Shown: positions 1-7,843 of the stretch, piece by piece | Layout of the letters: each line of letters begins with the position of its first letter | Numbering within the stretch: position 1 is the first letter of the stretch | From: Candidatus Daviesbacteria bacterium | Lineage (GTDB): Bacteria > Patescibacteriota > Microgenomatia > Daviesbacterales > UBA10151 | Length of the DNA: 64,000 nt | Assembly: GCA_028715175.1 (NCBI GenBank) | Contig: JAQUSJ010000001.1 | Span: 674,386 to 738,385 of the forward strand | Direction: 5' to 3' | The notes under the pieces: model-generated | The model's database searches: none | Told to the model about the DNA's origin: nothing | The model's input: only the letters and a program-made list of their open reading frames with translations | Position numbers and translations under genes: made by a program

Positions 1-447
1 TTTCAACATTTGAGATAACCTTGGCGGCTCAGAATAGATAAATTCATCTCCCCAGACAACAGCGAAAGGTTCGTCTTCAATAACCGATTCTCCGGATAAA
101 ACCGGAGTTCCGTTCCCATAAGGACCTTTTTGTCTGATGTAAATAAAGTTTGCCATATCTGAAATATGCTTAATCTGTGCTAGAGCCTCAGCTTTTTTAC
201 CATTCATTAAATTCTGAACCAAATCCTCATTAGGAACATCAAAGTGGTCTTCAATTGCCCGCTTGGTTGCGCCGGTTACAATAATAATATTGTCTATTCC
301 GGAACCGACTATTTCTTCAACCACATACTGGATCACCGGTTTATCAACAATAGGAAGCATTTCCTTGGGCATAGCTTTGGTTTGAGGAAGAAATCTGGTG
401 CCAAATCCTGCAGCAGGTATTAAAGCTTTGGTTACCTTTTTAGCCAT
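1..447 (-). CDS. galU: UTP--glucose-1-phosphate uridylyltransferase (5' part; runs off window)
   Basis: Manual translation from ATG at 447: MAKKVTKALIPAAGFGTRFLPQTKAMPKEMLPIVDKPVIQY, the GalU signature; not in the ORF track. Confidence 0.93.
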   Translation of the reverse strand, partial: MAKKVTKALIPAAGFGTRFLPQTKAMPKEMLPIVDKPVIQYVVEEIVGSGIDNIIIVTGATKRAIEDHFDVPNEDLVQNLMNGKKAEALAQIKHISDMANFIYIRQKGPYGNGTPVLSGESVIEDEPFAVVWGDEFIYSEPPRLSQMLK

Positions 448-555
448 AGTTTTGATTATATACTATTTCACCCTTTCAATATAGGTGTGCGCTTATGAAA
501 AAATCCAAATCTCTTTTCGCCAAAACGCAAAAATTTTAATATACTTCCTCCCAAC

Positions 556-583
556 CCCTACCCACCTTTTACAGTGGGTAGGG
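556..583. terminator. 10-bp GC-rich hairpin downstream of the island operon
   Basis: CCCTACCCAC-8nt-GTGGGTAGGG perfect stem; no clear U-tract on the minus strand. Confidence 0.4.
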
Positions 584-620
584 ATTTCAAACCTTCCCTC
601 AATAACCTTAACTAATTCAG

Positions 621-947
621 CTAAGGTCTTGGGTGAGGAGGTCTAGGCGATTCTGGATGCTCACCAGGAACCGGTGGCCTTGGATGTCCAGATCTTGGTT
701 CAACAGGCGGTTTTTTGAGTTCAAATCGACTCAACACATCAACTACGCCTTCTATCTTTAGATTAGGATCTCCAGATTCTAAAGCAGTAATTAGGTTTTC
801 CGCGATTGGTCTCAACTCGACCTCTCTCTTTGCCTCTACTGGCTCTGGCGGCCTTGGATCTCTATGATCAAGTGGTTCAGGTGGGCGTTGTTGTTGCCCC
901 AATTCATGAGGCAACGGTCCTGAACGTCCTCCTCGTCTTTCTTCCAT
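621..947 (-). CDS. Pro/Arg/Glu-rich small hypothetical protein
   Basis: 108 aa ORF with perfect SD AAAGGAGGTGA upstream (954-964); many PP motifs, C-terminal RPPHPRP. Confidence 0.7.
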   Translation of the reverse strand: MEERRGGRSGPLPHELGQQQRPPEPLDHRDPRPPEPVEAKREVELRPIAENLITALESGDPNLKIEGVVDVLSRFELKKPPVEPRSGHPRPPVPGEHPESPRPPHPRP

Positions 948-1000
948 CTTTAATCACCTCCTTTCGGAGAAGTAATAGTTCATATGAGCGTCTACAATAT

Positions 1001-1174
1001 CTATTTAGATTTTAAGCTCAATAAAACTTCAACTTTGCCTTCCAACCGTCCTACCTTTTCTTTCAAATCAAATATCTCTTTCAATATATGAGGCGGGACA
1101 TCATGCGGTTTCGGAGGAGGCGGTGGTGGTAGCTTAGGTTTTTTCTCTGGTTTATTAGATATTTCGTTAGCCAC
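1001..1174 (-). CDS. 57-aa polyproline micro-protein (not in ORF track)
   Basis: GTG start at 1174 behind perfect SD AAAGGAGGTGA (1181-1191); MANEISNKPEKKPKLPPPPPPKPHDVPPHILKEIFDLKEKVGRLEGKVEVLLSLKSK*. Confidence 0.7.
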   Translation of the reverse strand: MANEISNKPEKKPKLPPPPPPKPHDVPPHILKEIFDLKEKVGRLEGKVEVLLSLKSK

Positions 1175-1209
1175 TATGAATCACCTCCTTTGTAATAAAA
1201 TTTAGCATA

Positions 1210-2520
1210 TTAAAATAGCTTCATGTACAATGGCAGAATCACGGCATAAAATAAGAGCATAAACAAGCTAAAGGGAATACCAAACTTAATATAACTAGCA
1301 AAATCAACCCTTGAATCTTTTTCATAAGTTGAGGTTTGATGAGCAAGAATGATTCCGGCAGAGGCTGCAGTTATAAGACTGGAGGAACCAGCACATATTC
1401 CAGCTCCCAAAGCCCATGCCCCTAAGTGGGTAGGGAAAAGTTTGGCTATGAGAGGTGATGTTGCTGTTGCCCATGAAGCTGCTTCAGTAGATAACGTTCC
1501 CAAATAAGAAAGGGCTAAAACCGGATAAATACTACCAGTGTTTGTTTGGAGAAAACCTTCAATTAACTTACCAATTCCGATTGCTGAGTGTCCAAATACT
1601 TGCGCCAAAACAAAAATAGAAATTAAAGTAAAATATGTTTCAATACCCAATGCATAGAGAGTTTTTGTCCTTCCAGCATTGGGGGTTCCAAGTAAAGCAA
1701 CTACAATTCCAAGTGCTGAAAGTGGAATTTCATATAGAGGAAAGAAAAGAGGACCCATAACTGCTATAAGTAATGCCATTATTCCAAAAGTAATCAGTCT
1801 ATTATCTACTGACATAAATCTACCTTCAGTTTTAAATTTGATCATTGAATAAGCTAGTTTAATTCTAGATACGTCACGGTTATTGCCAACCATTCTTTTT
1901 GTTAAGAAATAAGCTACAAATGCGAGTATAAAAACGAGAAGCATATTTACTGGAAGTATTTCTCTAAAAAAATCAACATGTTTCAAGCCCCACACTTGAG
2001 ATTCCACTATATTGGGCGTATCTCCCCATCTGGTACTAAATCCCCCCAAATTAGATGCAATTAAAGCAGCAGAAAGTATAAAAATGGCAGGTAGTTTATA
2101 CGCTTTTGATAAAACGTAAATTATGTAAGAGTTTACCAATATGCTTGTTGTGTTATGAAATAAAGCGGCCATAACATAAGTTGTAAAGATAGAAATAATA
2201 GATACCAAAAGAACAATATCTGCCTTAAATTTTAAATTTAAGGAGCCAATCATCGCTCCTATCCTAGTTCCTAAAAGATTGAATAAATTACTTTCTTGCA
2301 GCATATGAGCGGGAATAGCAACTGCAGTAAATAAAAGTCCCACTCTAGCAAATTCCTTAAAACCCCCTTCTAAACTACGCAAACCTTCATTTGGACCTGC
2401 TAATATAATTGCAATAAATGCGACAAGAGGGACAGCTATTTCCTGCGAGAGTTTTCTGGCAGTCATCAGGCCAAAGCCAGACAAGATGACCACAATTAGA
2501 AGCACTGTTTGTATACTCAT
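1210..2520 (-). CDS. ArsB/NhaD (IT superfamily, SLC13-like) membrane transporter
   Basis: Polytopic 436 aa; FHNTTS and SNLGGFSTRWGDTPN motifs typical of ArsB/NhaD permeases. Confidence 0.8.
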   Translation of the reverse strand: MSIQTVLLIVVILSGFGLMTARKLSQEIAVPLVAFIAIILAGPNEGLRSLEGGFKEFARVGLLFTAVAIPAHMLQESNLFNLLGTRIGAMIGSLNLKFKADIVLLVSIISIFTTYVMAALFHNTTSILVNSYIIYVLSKAYKLPAIFILSAALIASNLGGFSTRWGDTPNIVESQVWGLKHVDFFREILPVNMLLVFILAFVAYFLTKRMVGNNRDVSRIKLAYSMIKFKTEGRFMSVDNRLITFGIMALLIAVMGPLFFPLYEIPLSALGIVVALLGTPNAGRTKTLYALGIETYFTLISIFVLAQVFGHSAIGIGKLIEGFLQTNTGSIYPVLALSYLGTLSTEAASWATATSPLIAKLFPTHLGAWALGAGICAGSSSLITAASAGIILAHQTSTYEKDSRVDFASYIKFGIPFSLFMLLFYAVILPLYMKLF

Positions 2521-3414
2521 CTATAAATCTATTATTTTTGCTAGAAAATTTTTATCGCTAATTAGGGCAAAGTTTTGGTCCTTAGGTAGGTGTGGTATAT
2601 TATGAAAGTAAATTCTTTTAATATTATTAATATATTGAGTTATTAAAGAAGCTACGTTTCTACGAATCATCACACCCCCTCTAGTTTTTATTCCATCGAT
2701 AATAATGATTTCAACCTTTTGAAATTTTTCGTGTAACTCTATGGGGTCTATAACATCAATATCAATGATCAATTCCTTAAACTCTTCCATATGCGGCGGT
2801 ATAATGTGGTCCGTATTAATAATCTGACCTTCGCGAAGGAATTCTAAAAAATTTAAAAATAGGTGAGGAGGAAGCGGTAACAAAACCAGTGCATTTTCAT
2901 TATAGGTCAAGTCCAGTAATAATTGTTTCTTAGTCTGCAAATTGTATATTTCTTCTTCTATAAACAAAAGGATTAAACTCTGTTTAATGGACAGGTTGTT
3001 TTCTTTAACGATTTTACTAAGCATTCTATGAAGTTTTTCATAATTTTCTTCCTGCAAAAATGAGAATATTTCTTCGGCCTCAATTGCATCTCCCAGAAGA
3101 GCTTCAAGAGTTTCTGCTTCAATTGAACTTAAGCCTGGTATTATGTATTTAACATGCTTTGACCTTGGGATATCTAGACCTTTAGATTCTTTTACAAGAG
3201 GCTTAACCGGAGTCGTTTCTTTGGAAATCTTGACAGTACTATCACCACCGTTTGGTATCTTCAAATACTTATCAACTTCTTCTTCGGATATTCTAATACT
3301 ATTACCAACTCTTACTGATTTTAATAATCCCTCCTTAATCTGTCGTCTTACCGTAGAAGTAGAAACATTTAACTTTTTTGAAACCTGCTTGATGCTGTAT
3401 AAATTATCCTGCAT
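2521..3414 (-). CDS. Excisionase-type HTH (HTH_17) DNA-binding protein with uncharacterised C-terminal domain
   Basis: N-terminus LYSIKQVSKKLNVSTSTVRRQIKEGLLKSVRVGNSIRI; ~230 aa C-terminal region. Confidence 0.8.
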   Translation of the reverse strand: MQDNLYSIKQVSKKLNVSTSTVRRQIKEGLLKSVRVGNSIRISEEEVDKYLKIPNGGDSTVKISKETTPVKPLVKESKGLDIPRSKHVKYIIPGLSSIEAETLEALLGDAIEAEEIFSFLQEENYEKLHRMLSKIVKENNLSIKQSLILLFIEEEIYNLQTKKQLLLDLTYNENALVLLPLPPHLFLNFLEFLREGQIINTDHIIPPHMEEFKELIIDIDVIDPIELHEKFQKVEIIIIDGIKTRGGVMIRRNVASLITQYINNIKRIYFHNIPHLPKDQNFALISDKNFLAKIIDL

Positions 3415-3566
3415 ATATTTGACTACAGTTGATACGGATATAATCTATCTTAGTCAACTTTATTCAAAAGTATCATAGATTAAAATGAAAGTCAAGCACG
3501 AATATGAGCCTAAAAAGTCTATATATAGACAATCTTATCGTTCGTTTTTGGCGAGAATTGTCATAT

Positions 3567-3791
3567 ATGGCGTATTATTTCACTGCCAAACAACGTAAGA
3601 AAATAGGTAATAGCCTAAAAAGAATTAGGAAGAAAAAAGAGTTAAAACAAGTTGAGGTAGCAGTAGAAGCAGGGATAAATACAAGTTATTACAGTAAAAT
3701 TGAAAGAGGCGAGGTAAATCCATCTTTAGAAAAAATTTATCGGATAATTAAAGCCCTTAAAATCCAATCTTCTAATATACTACCTTTCTAA
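3567..3791 (+). CDS. XRE-family HTH transcriptional regulator
   Basis: LKRIRKKKELKQVEVAVEAGINTSYYSKIERGEVNPSLEKI; start at 3567 preferred over 3504. Confidence 0.88.
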   Translation: MAYYFTAKQRKKIGNSLKRIRKKKELKQVEVAVEAGINTSYYSKIERGEVNPSLEKIYRIIKALKIQSSNILPF

Positions 3792-3846
3792 TAAGTTTTA
3801 CTTATGTGTTGTATCTTTAGTAAAACCACAGGCTTTGCCAATACTG

Positions 3847-4410
3847 TCATTTCACTCTCTCAATATATTCCCCTGACCTGGTATCTACTTTAATTCTATC
3901 TCCAACTTTAATAAACATGGGAACTTTTATAACCAGACCATTATCCAAGCTAGCTTCTTTAAAAACATTAGAAACGCTGTTGCCTTTTTCCCCGGGACCG
4001 GTTTCAGCTACTGTGTAAGTCAAGCTCATTGGCAATTCCAACCCAAGAGCCTCATCTTCCGAAATAATCAATGTTACCTCTAGTCCATCTTTCAAATACT
4101 TTGCTTGATCCCCTAAAACACTGGCAGAAATTGAAAATTGCTCAAAACTTACTGGGTCCATAAAATTAAATCCGCCACTATCCTGATAAAGAAATTGGGC
4201 TTTTTTCTTTTCTACCGCAGCCTCATCAACTCTTGCTCCGGTAATAAAAGATTTCTCGTTTACGGTACCCGTCCTGACATTTCTCACTTTTACTTTGATA
4301 TTACCGGAACCACGACCGGTTTTAACGTGTTCATAAGTTAAAACAAGAAGAATATCCTTCCCTTCTTTAAAAAAAGTCCCGTTTCTAAGCTCAGTTACAT
4401 TTAATGCCAT
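3847..4410 (-). CDS. efp: Elongation factor P
   Basis: HVKTGRG loop, VPMFIKVGDRIKVDTRSGEY C-terminal signature. Confidence 0.95.
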   Translation of the reverse strand: MALNVTELRNGTFFKEGKDILLVLTYEHVKTGRGSGNIKVKVRNVRTGTVNEKSFITGARVDEAAVEKKKAQFLYQDSGGFNFMDPVSFEQFSISASVLGDQAKYLKDGLEVTLIISEDEALGLELPMSLTYTVAETGPGEKGNSVSNVFKEASLDNGLVIKVPMFIKVGDRIKVDTRSGEYIERVK

Positions 4411-4470
4411 AATCAATGGATTTTAGCATATAATGTCAACAATTATTTAAAAATCTTTAGCCACAAACTG

Positions 4471-4487
4471 TCCACCCCGGGGGTGGA
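4471..4487. repeat. Palindrome TCCACCCC-G-GGGGTGGA (CACCTCSGAGGTG-like family)
   Basis: Perfect 8-bp arms; followed by TTTGTAT like the related copy at ~11947-11967. Confidence 0.65.
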
Positions 4488-4499
4488 TTTGTATTGATA

Positions 4500-4519
4500 C
4501 CCTTCGATTTCACTCAGGG
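4500..4519. repeat. Short CCCTTCG...CTCAGGG hairpin element
   Basis: CCCTTCGATTTCACTCAGGG; related to 37191-37210, 47671-47690 and 63125-63153. Confidence 0.55.
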
Positions 4520-4545
4520 CAGGCCTGCGGATTTTTAAGACTTAT

Positions 4546-4914
4546 TTAATTCTTAATTTGATGGGCAATAATGGGGACTGCTTCAATTCTTTTAAATCTT
4601 TTTTCATGATCAGTAGTAGTTTTATCTACTTCACTTGCAAATTCCATAATGGTATCAACCTTGGTATTTAGTTCATCTATCTTTCTTCCTAGATTAATAC
4701 CTAAATCTGCTATCTTCCTTCCCAATCTGCTATCAACTTCGTCTATCCTGCTATCAACTTCGTCTATCCTGCTATCAACTTCGTCTATCCTGCTATCAAG
4801 CCTACTCTCAAGCCCTTTTAGATCCTGCTTAGTAGCTAATCCTTTGAGATCTTTCTTAGTAACTAAAGACTTACTTAGTCTGGATGCTAGTTTAGCGATA
4901 TCTTCATCGTTCAT
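4546..4914 (-). CDS. Coiled-coil hypothetical protein with heptad repeats
   Basis: ATKQDLK motif and (SRIDEVD)x3; ATG 4914 lies 6 nt below a TACTAT box. Confidence 0.75.
   Translation of the reverse strand: MNDEDIAKLASRLSKSLVTKKDLKGLATKQDLKGLESRLDSRIDEVDSRIDEVDSRIDEVDSRLGRKIADLGINLGRKIDELNTKVDTIMEFASEVDKTTTDHEKRFKRIEAVPIIAHQIKN
4727..4799. repeat. 21-bp perfect tandem repeat x3.5
   Basis: CTGCTATCAACTTCGTCTATC at 4727, 4748, 4769 plus a partial copy. Confidence 0.9.
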
Positions 4915-4964
4915 AGATTGATAGTAAGACAAGCACATTTAAAACACAAGATAGACCATCTATA

Positions 4965-7712
4965 TCAAAACTGTTCTAAAAACTTTTTAATTTTATCCCT
5001 ATCCCTTTTTAGCCACTCTGCATTTGAATAAATTTGCTCCAGGGCTTGGGCGACAGTCCTCTTGGCTTCCGGCACAGGGTTTTTGGCAATAAAGTTTTCA
5101 ATATCAGAAGCATCTGAAACTTTTGTAAAATTACCCATTGGCAAAAAGATTCTGGGGAAGATATGTCCTCCGGCATATCTTTCTTTCAAGAGTTCCCAGT
5201 TCCTTTTGACAAACTCCCAAGCCAAGTACCGGCCCGCAGGATTATTCCAGACTGCTGCTATAATTTGCAATGAATTCTGGAACCTGACATGTTTGGAAAT
5301 GGCAAAATCCAAAGTCTTAGAAAGAAAAGTTTCGCTCTTAAATTTACCCAAAGCCCGACCAATTCTATCTTTCTCCTGCTGGTTATCTTCTTCTTTATAC
5401 ATCGCCATCAAAGTATCAAACTCTGTCTTTCCCCCATTTTCTGCTGCCAGATTATAGACAACACTCCGGAGATCCGGATCAATACTTTTGTCATTCTGAG
5501 GAGTCTTCGACGAAGAATCTCTCAACTTGTTTGAGATGTTACTGACATTCGTCAGAGATCCTTCACTACGCTCAGGATGACACAAAGAGGAAAATAGTTC
5601 CTGTGCTTTTTGGATTATCCCTTTATCACCAAAGGATCCCAATTTATACAAAACCAAACCACGAAGTAGTAAATCTGTATGTTTTTCCCCAGCCTTTTTC
5701 TGCCAGCCCATTTCTTTAACAATACTGCTAAAAATCTGCCTCCCGTAACTTCTAAAATTTTCGTAAAAAGGCTCATAGGCTAAAAGTGAATCTAACTCAC
5801 TCAAATGCTCTGTCAACACGCTCCAGACAGTGTAATCTTCTTCCGTTGCAAAAGATAAAGCCAGTTCTAAAGCCAAGCTCGTCGGCGAATCTCCGGACTT
5901 TGCCAGATCAAATGAGTCCCTAATCAAGCCTAACCTATCCGGTGCAGACAGTTTTCCATCTTTGATTGCCTCTTCCAGTCTTTTAAGATATTGCTGCGGA
6001 TAATCCACTCTGACTAAGGATGCTTCTCCTGCATTTAATTTAATCCATTCATTATCTTTAAGCCCTGGAAAGGTGATTGACTTTTTATCCATTAATAACC
6101 AGTTGTCATTGTGAGGATCCGGCGAAGCCGGAGACGAAGCAATCCGCCACGGCGGATCGCCACGCTTCGCTCGCGATGACATTATTTGTACTGGTATTGA
6201 CCAAACAGCATTATCTTTAGTTTCTTTTTTAGATATTGGACTTCCGAAGAATCTGGATTGAGTTAGCTGTAACCTGTTACCTGTAACCTGTAACCTTATC
6301 ACCGGATGACCTGGTTTTTGGGTCCAGTTCCTCATCAACTCTGCAACCGGTTTTTTAGACACCTCTGTTAAAGCTAGCCACAAATCTTCAGTCTTCGCAT
6401 TGCCATATGAGTGCTTCTTTAAATAATGTTGCAGCCCTTTTTGAAAAACTGCCGGTCCGAGATATGACATAAGCATGCGCAGAACCGATGCTCCTTTTGA
6501 ATAGCTAACCTTGTCAAAAATCTCGGAAATCTCTGCCGGATTACCAACTTCTACTTCAATCGGGTGGGTATTTTTCAAAGCATCCAAAGAGTAAGCAACT
6601 CCCATCTCCTCTGCCACAAATTGAGTCCAGATATCCCACTCAGGGAAAATATGATCTATAGCCAGATATTCAATGAATGAGGCAAACCCCTCATTAAGCC
6701 ATAAATGAGTCCACCACTCCATGGTTACCAAATCACCAAACCACATGTGGGCCAGTTCATGTGCAATCACCAAAGCTACCCATTGTTTATTGGCCGTGGA
6801 AGATCTTTCCTCATCAATCAAAAGCGTTGATTCACGGTAAGTAACAGCTCCCCAGTTCTCCATTGCTCCTGCGGCAAAATCAGGAATGGCTATCATATCC
6901 AACACCGGCAATGGATAGTCTATATCAAAATAGCCTTCGTAAAAATCCAGGCATTTCCTGGCTACATCCAAAGCAAACCTTGCTTGCTCTTTTTTTCCTT
7001 CAGTTGTAAAGACCCTTACCACTTTTCCCTTATCACTTTTCCCTTCCACATATTCAAACTCCCCCACAATAAAGGCCAAAAGATAGGTGGACATTTTGGG
7101 GGTGGGAGCAAATTCCACCATCTGATAACCGGATTCATGTTCTTTAACCACAGTTTCAATCGTATTTGATATGGCTGTGGTACCAGTTGGAATCATTAAA
7201 GTCACATCAAAAATAGCTTTCTGGGAAGGCTCATCAAAACAGGGAAAAGCCCGTCTGGCATCAGTTGATTCAAATTGGGTGGTAGCCAAATGTTTAGAAA
7301 TCCCCGCCATCTCGTATCGGGAACGGTAAAAACCTCTCATTTTATCGTTTAGGATTCCTTTAAAAATAAGTTTTAGCTTGCCTTTGCCCTTTTGGATTTG
7401 TTCTGGAAAAGTAAAAGTGGCTGTTTCCATTTCCTTGTTATACGAGATCTTTCCAGCCCAAATCTCTCTGTTGCCATGAATGAACTCAGCACTTTCTATT
7501 TCCAGTTCAATAGCATGGAGGGTAATTTGTTTAGTCGGCTTTTCCAGAGAGAGAAAAATTGTTTCCTCTCCGGTAAAGGTAAATTCATTCAAATCAGGCT
7601 TGAGCATGATTTTATAAGGAAATCTTGAAAACTCTCTTGAAAGGTTTACTTTCAAGCTTAGCTTATAACGCTCGGGCTTAACATGAGCCGAGAGCCTGAC
7701 ATTCTTTTTCAT
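4965..7712 (-). CDS. pepN: M1 family aminopeptidase N (with in-frame repeat insertions)
   Basis: GAMEN exopeptidase motif, HELAH...E zinc motif, ERAP1-like C-terminus. Confidence 0.93.
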   Translation of the reverse strand: MKKNVRLSAHVKPERYKLSLKVNLSREFSRFPYKIMLKPDLNEFTFTGEETIFLSLEKPTKQITLHAIELEIESAEFIHGNREIWAGKISYNKEMETATFTFPEQIQKGKGKLKLIFKGILNDKMRGFYRSRYEMAGISKHLATTQFESTDARRAFPCFDEPSQKAIFDVTLMIPTGTTAISNTIETVVKEHESGYQMVEFAPTPKMSTYLLAFIVGEFEYVEGKSDKGKVVRVFTTEGKKEQARFALDVARKCLDFYEGYFDIDYPLPVLDMIAIPDFAAGAMENWGAVTYRESTLLIDEERSSTANKQWVALVIAHELAHMWFGDLVTMEWWTHLWLNEGFASFIEYLAIDHIFPEWDIWTQFVAEEMGVAYSLDALKNTHPIEVEVGNPAEISEIFDKVSYSKGASVLRMLMSYLGPAVFQKGLQHYLKKHSYGNAKTEDLWLALTEVSKKPVAELMRNWTQKPGHPVIRLQVTGNRLQLTQSRFFGSPISKKETKDNAVWSIPVQIMSSRAKRGDPPWRIASSPASPDPHNDNWLLMDKKSITFPGLKDNEWIKLNAGEASLVRVDYPQQYLKRLEEAIKDGKLSAPDRLGLIRDSFDLAKSGDSPTSLALELALSFATEEDYTVWSVLTEHLSELDSLLAYEPFYENFRSYGRQIFSSIVKEMGWQKKAGEKHTDLLLRGLVLYKLGSFGDKGIIQKAQELFSSLCHPERSEGSLTNVSNISNKLRDSSSKTPQNDKSIDPDLRSVVYNLAAENGGKTEFDTLMAMYKEEDNQQEKDRIGRALGKFKSETFLSKTLDFAISKHVRFQNSLQIIAAVWNNPAGRYLAWEFVKRNWELLKERYAGGHIFPRIFLPMGNFTKVSDASDIENFIAKNPVPEAKRTVAQALEQIYSNAEWLKRDRDKIKKFLEQF
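5489..5582. repeat. GTCAT...ATGAC palindromic element, in-frame in pepN
   Basis: TGTCATTCTGAG...CTCAGGATGACA arms with two internal hairpins; homologous to 44834-44919. Confidence 0.85.
6104..6181. repeat. GTCAT...ATGAC element (GCGAG subtype), in-frame in pepN
   Basis: TGTCATTGTGAG...CTCGCGATGACA with nested TCCGGC-GAA-GCCGGA and ATCCGCC-AC-GGCGGAT hairpins; GC-rich patch in an AT-rich gene. Confidence 0.85.
6267..6294. repeat. Heptamer array (CTGTWAC)x4 in pepN
   Basis: ctgtaac ctgttac ctgtaac ctgtaac; encodes RLQVTGNRLQ. Confidence 0.8.
7612..7668. repeat. 51-bp in-frame insert bounded by TTATAA direct repeats in pepN
   Basis: TTATAA at 7612 and 7663; internal CTTGAAAG-5nt-CTTTCAAG hairpin; protein RYK-LSLKVNLSREFSRFPYK-IMLK. 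Confidence 0.7.
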
Positions 7713-7754
7713 ATCGCTAGTTTAGCCTAAAAGCTGATATAATTCAATTTGAAA

Positions 7755-7837
7755 GCCGAGGTGGCGGAATGGTATACGCGATAGTCTCAAAAACTATTAG
7801 TCGCAAGGCTGTGAGGGTTCGACTCCCTCCCTCGGCA
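7755..7837 (+). tRNA. tRNA-Leu (CAA)
   Basis: Acceptor GCCGAGG/CCTCGGC, anticodon arm ATAGT-CTCAAAA-ACTAT, long variable arm, GGTTCGACT T-loop; CCA not encoded. Confidence 0.95.
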
Positions 7838-7843
7838 CTCTTC

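Noticed and set aside
2521-3791. Prophage or ICE remnant suggested by the excisionase-type HTH and XRE genes
   Set aside because: No integrase, att repeats or phage structural genes; the HTH is fused to a large domain and is operonic with a transporter
4727-4799. CRISPR array
   Set aside because: Repeats are contiguous with no spacers, lie in a coding frame, and no cas genes are present
7755-7837. tRNA-Leu as an integration site for an island or prophage
   Set aside because: No integrase and no duplicated tRNA 3' end seen; flanked by core genes pepN and dnaB
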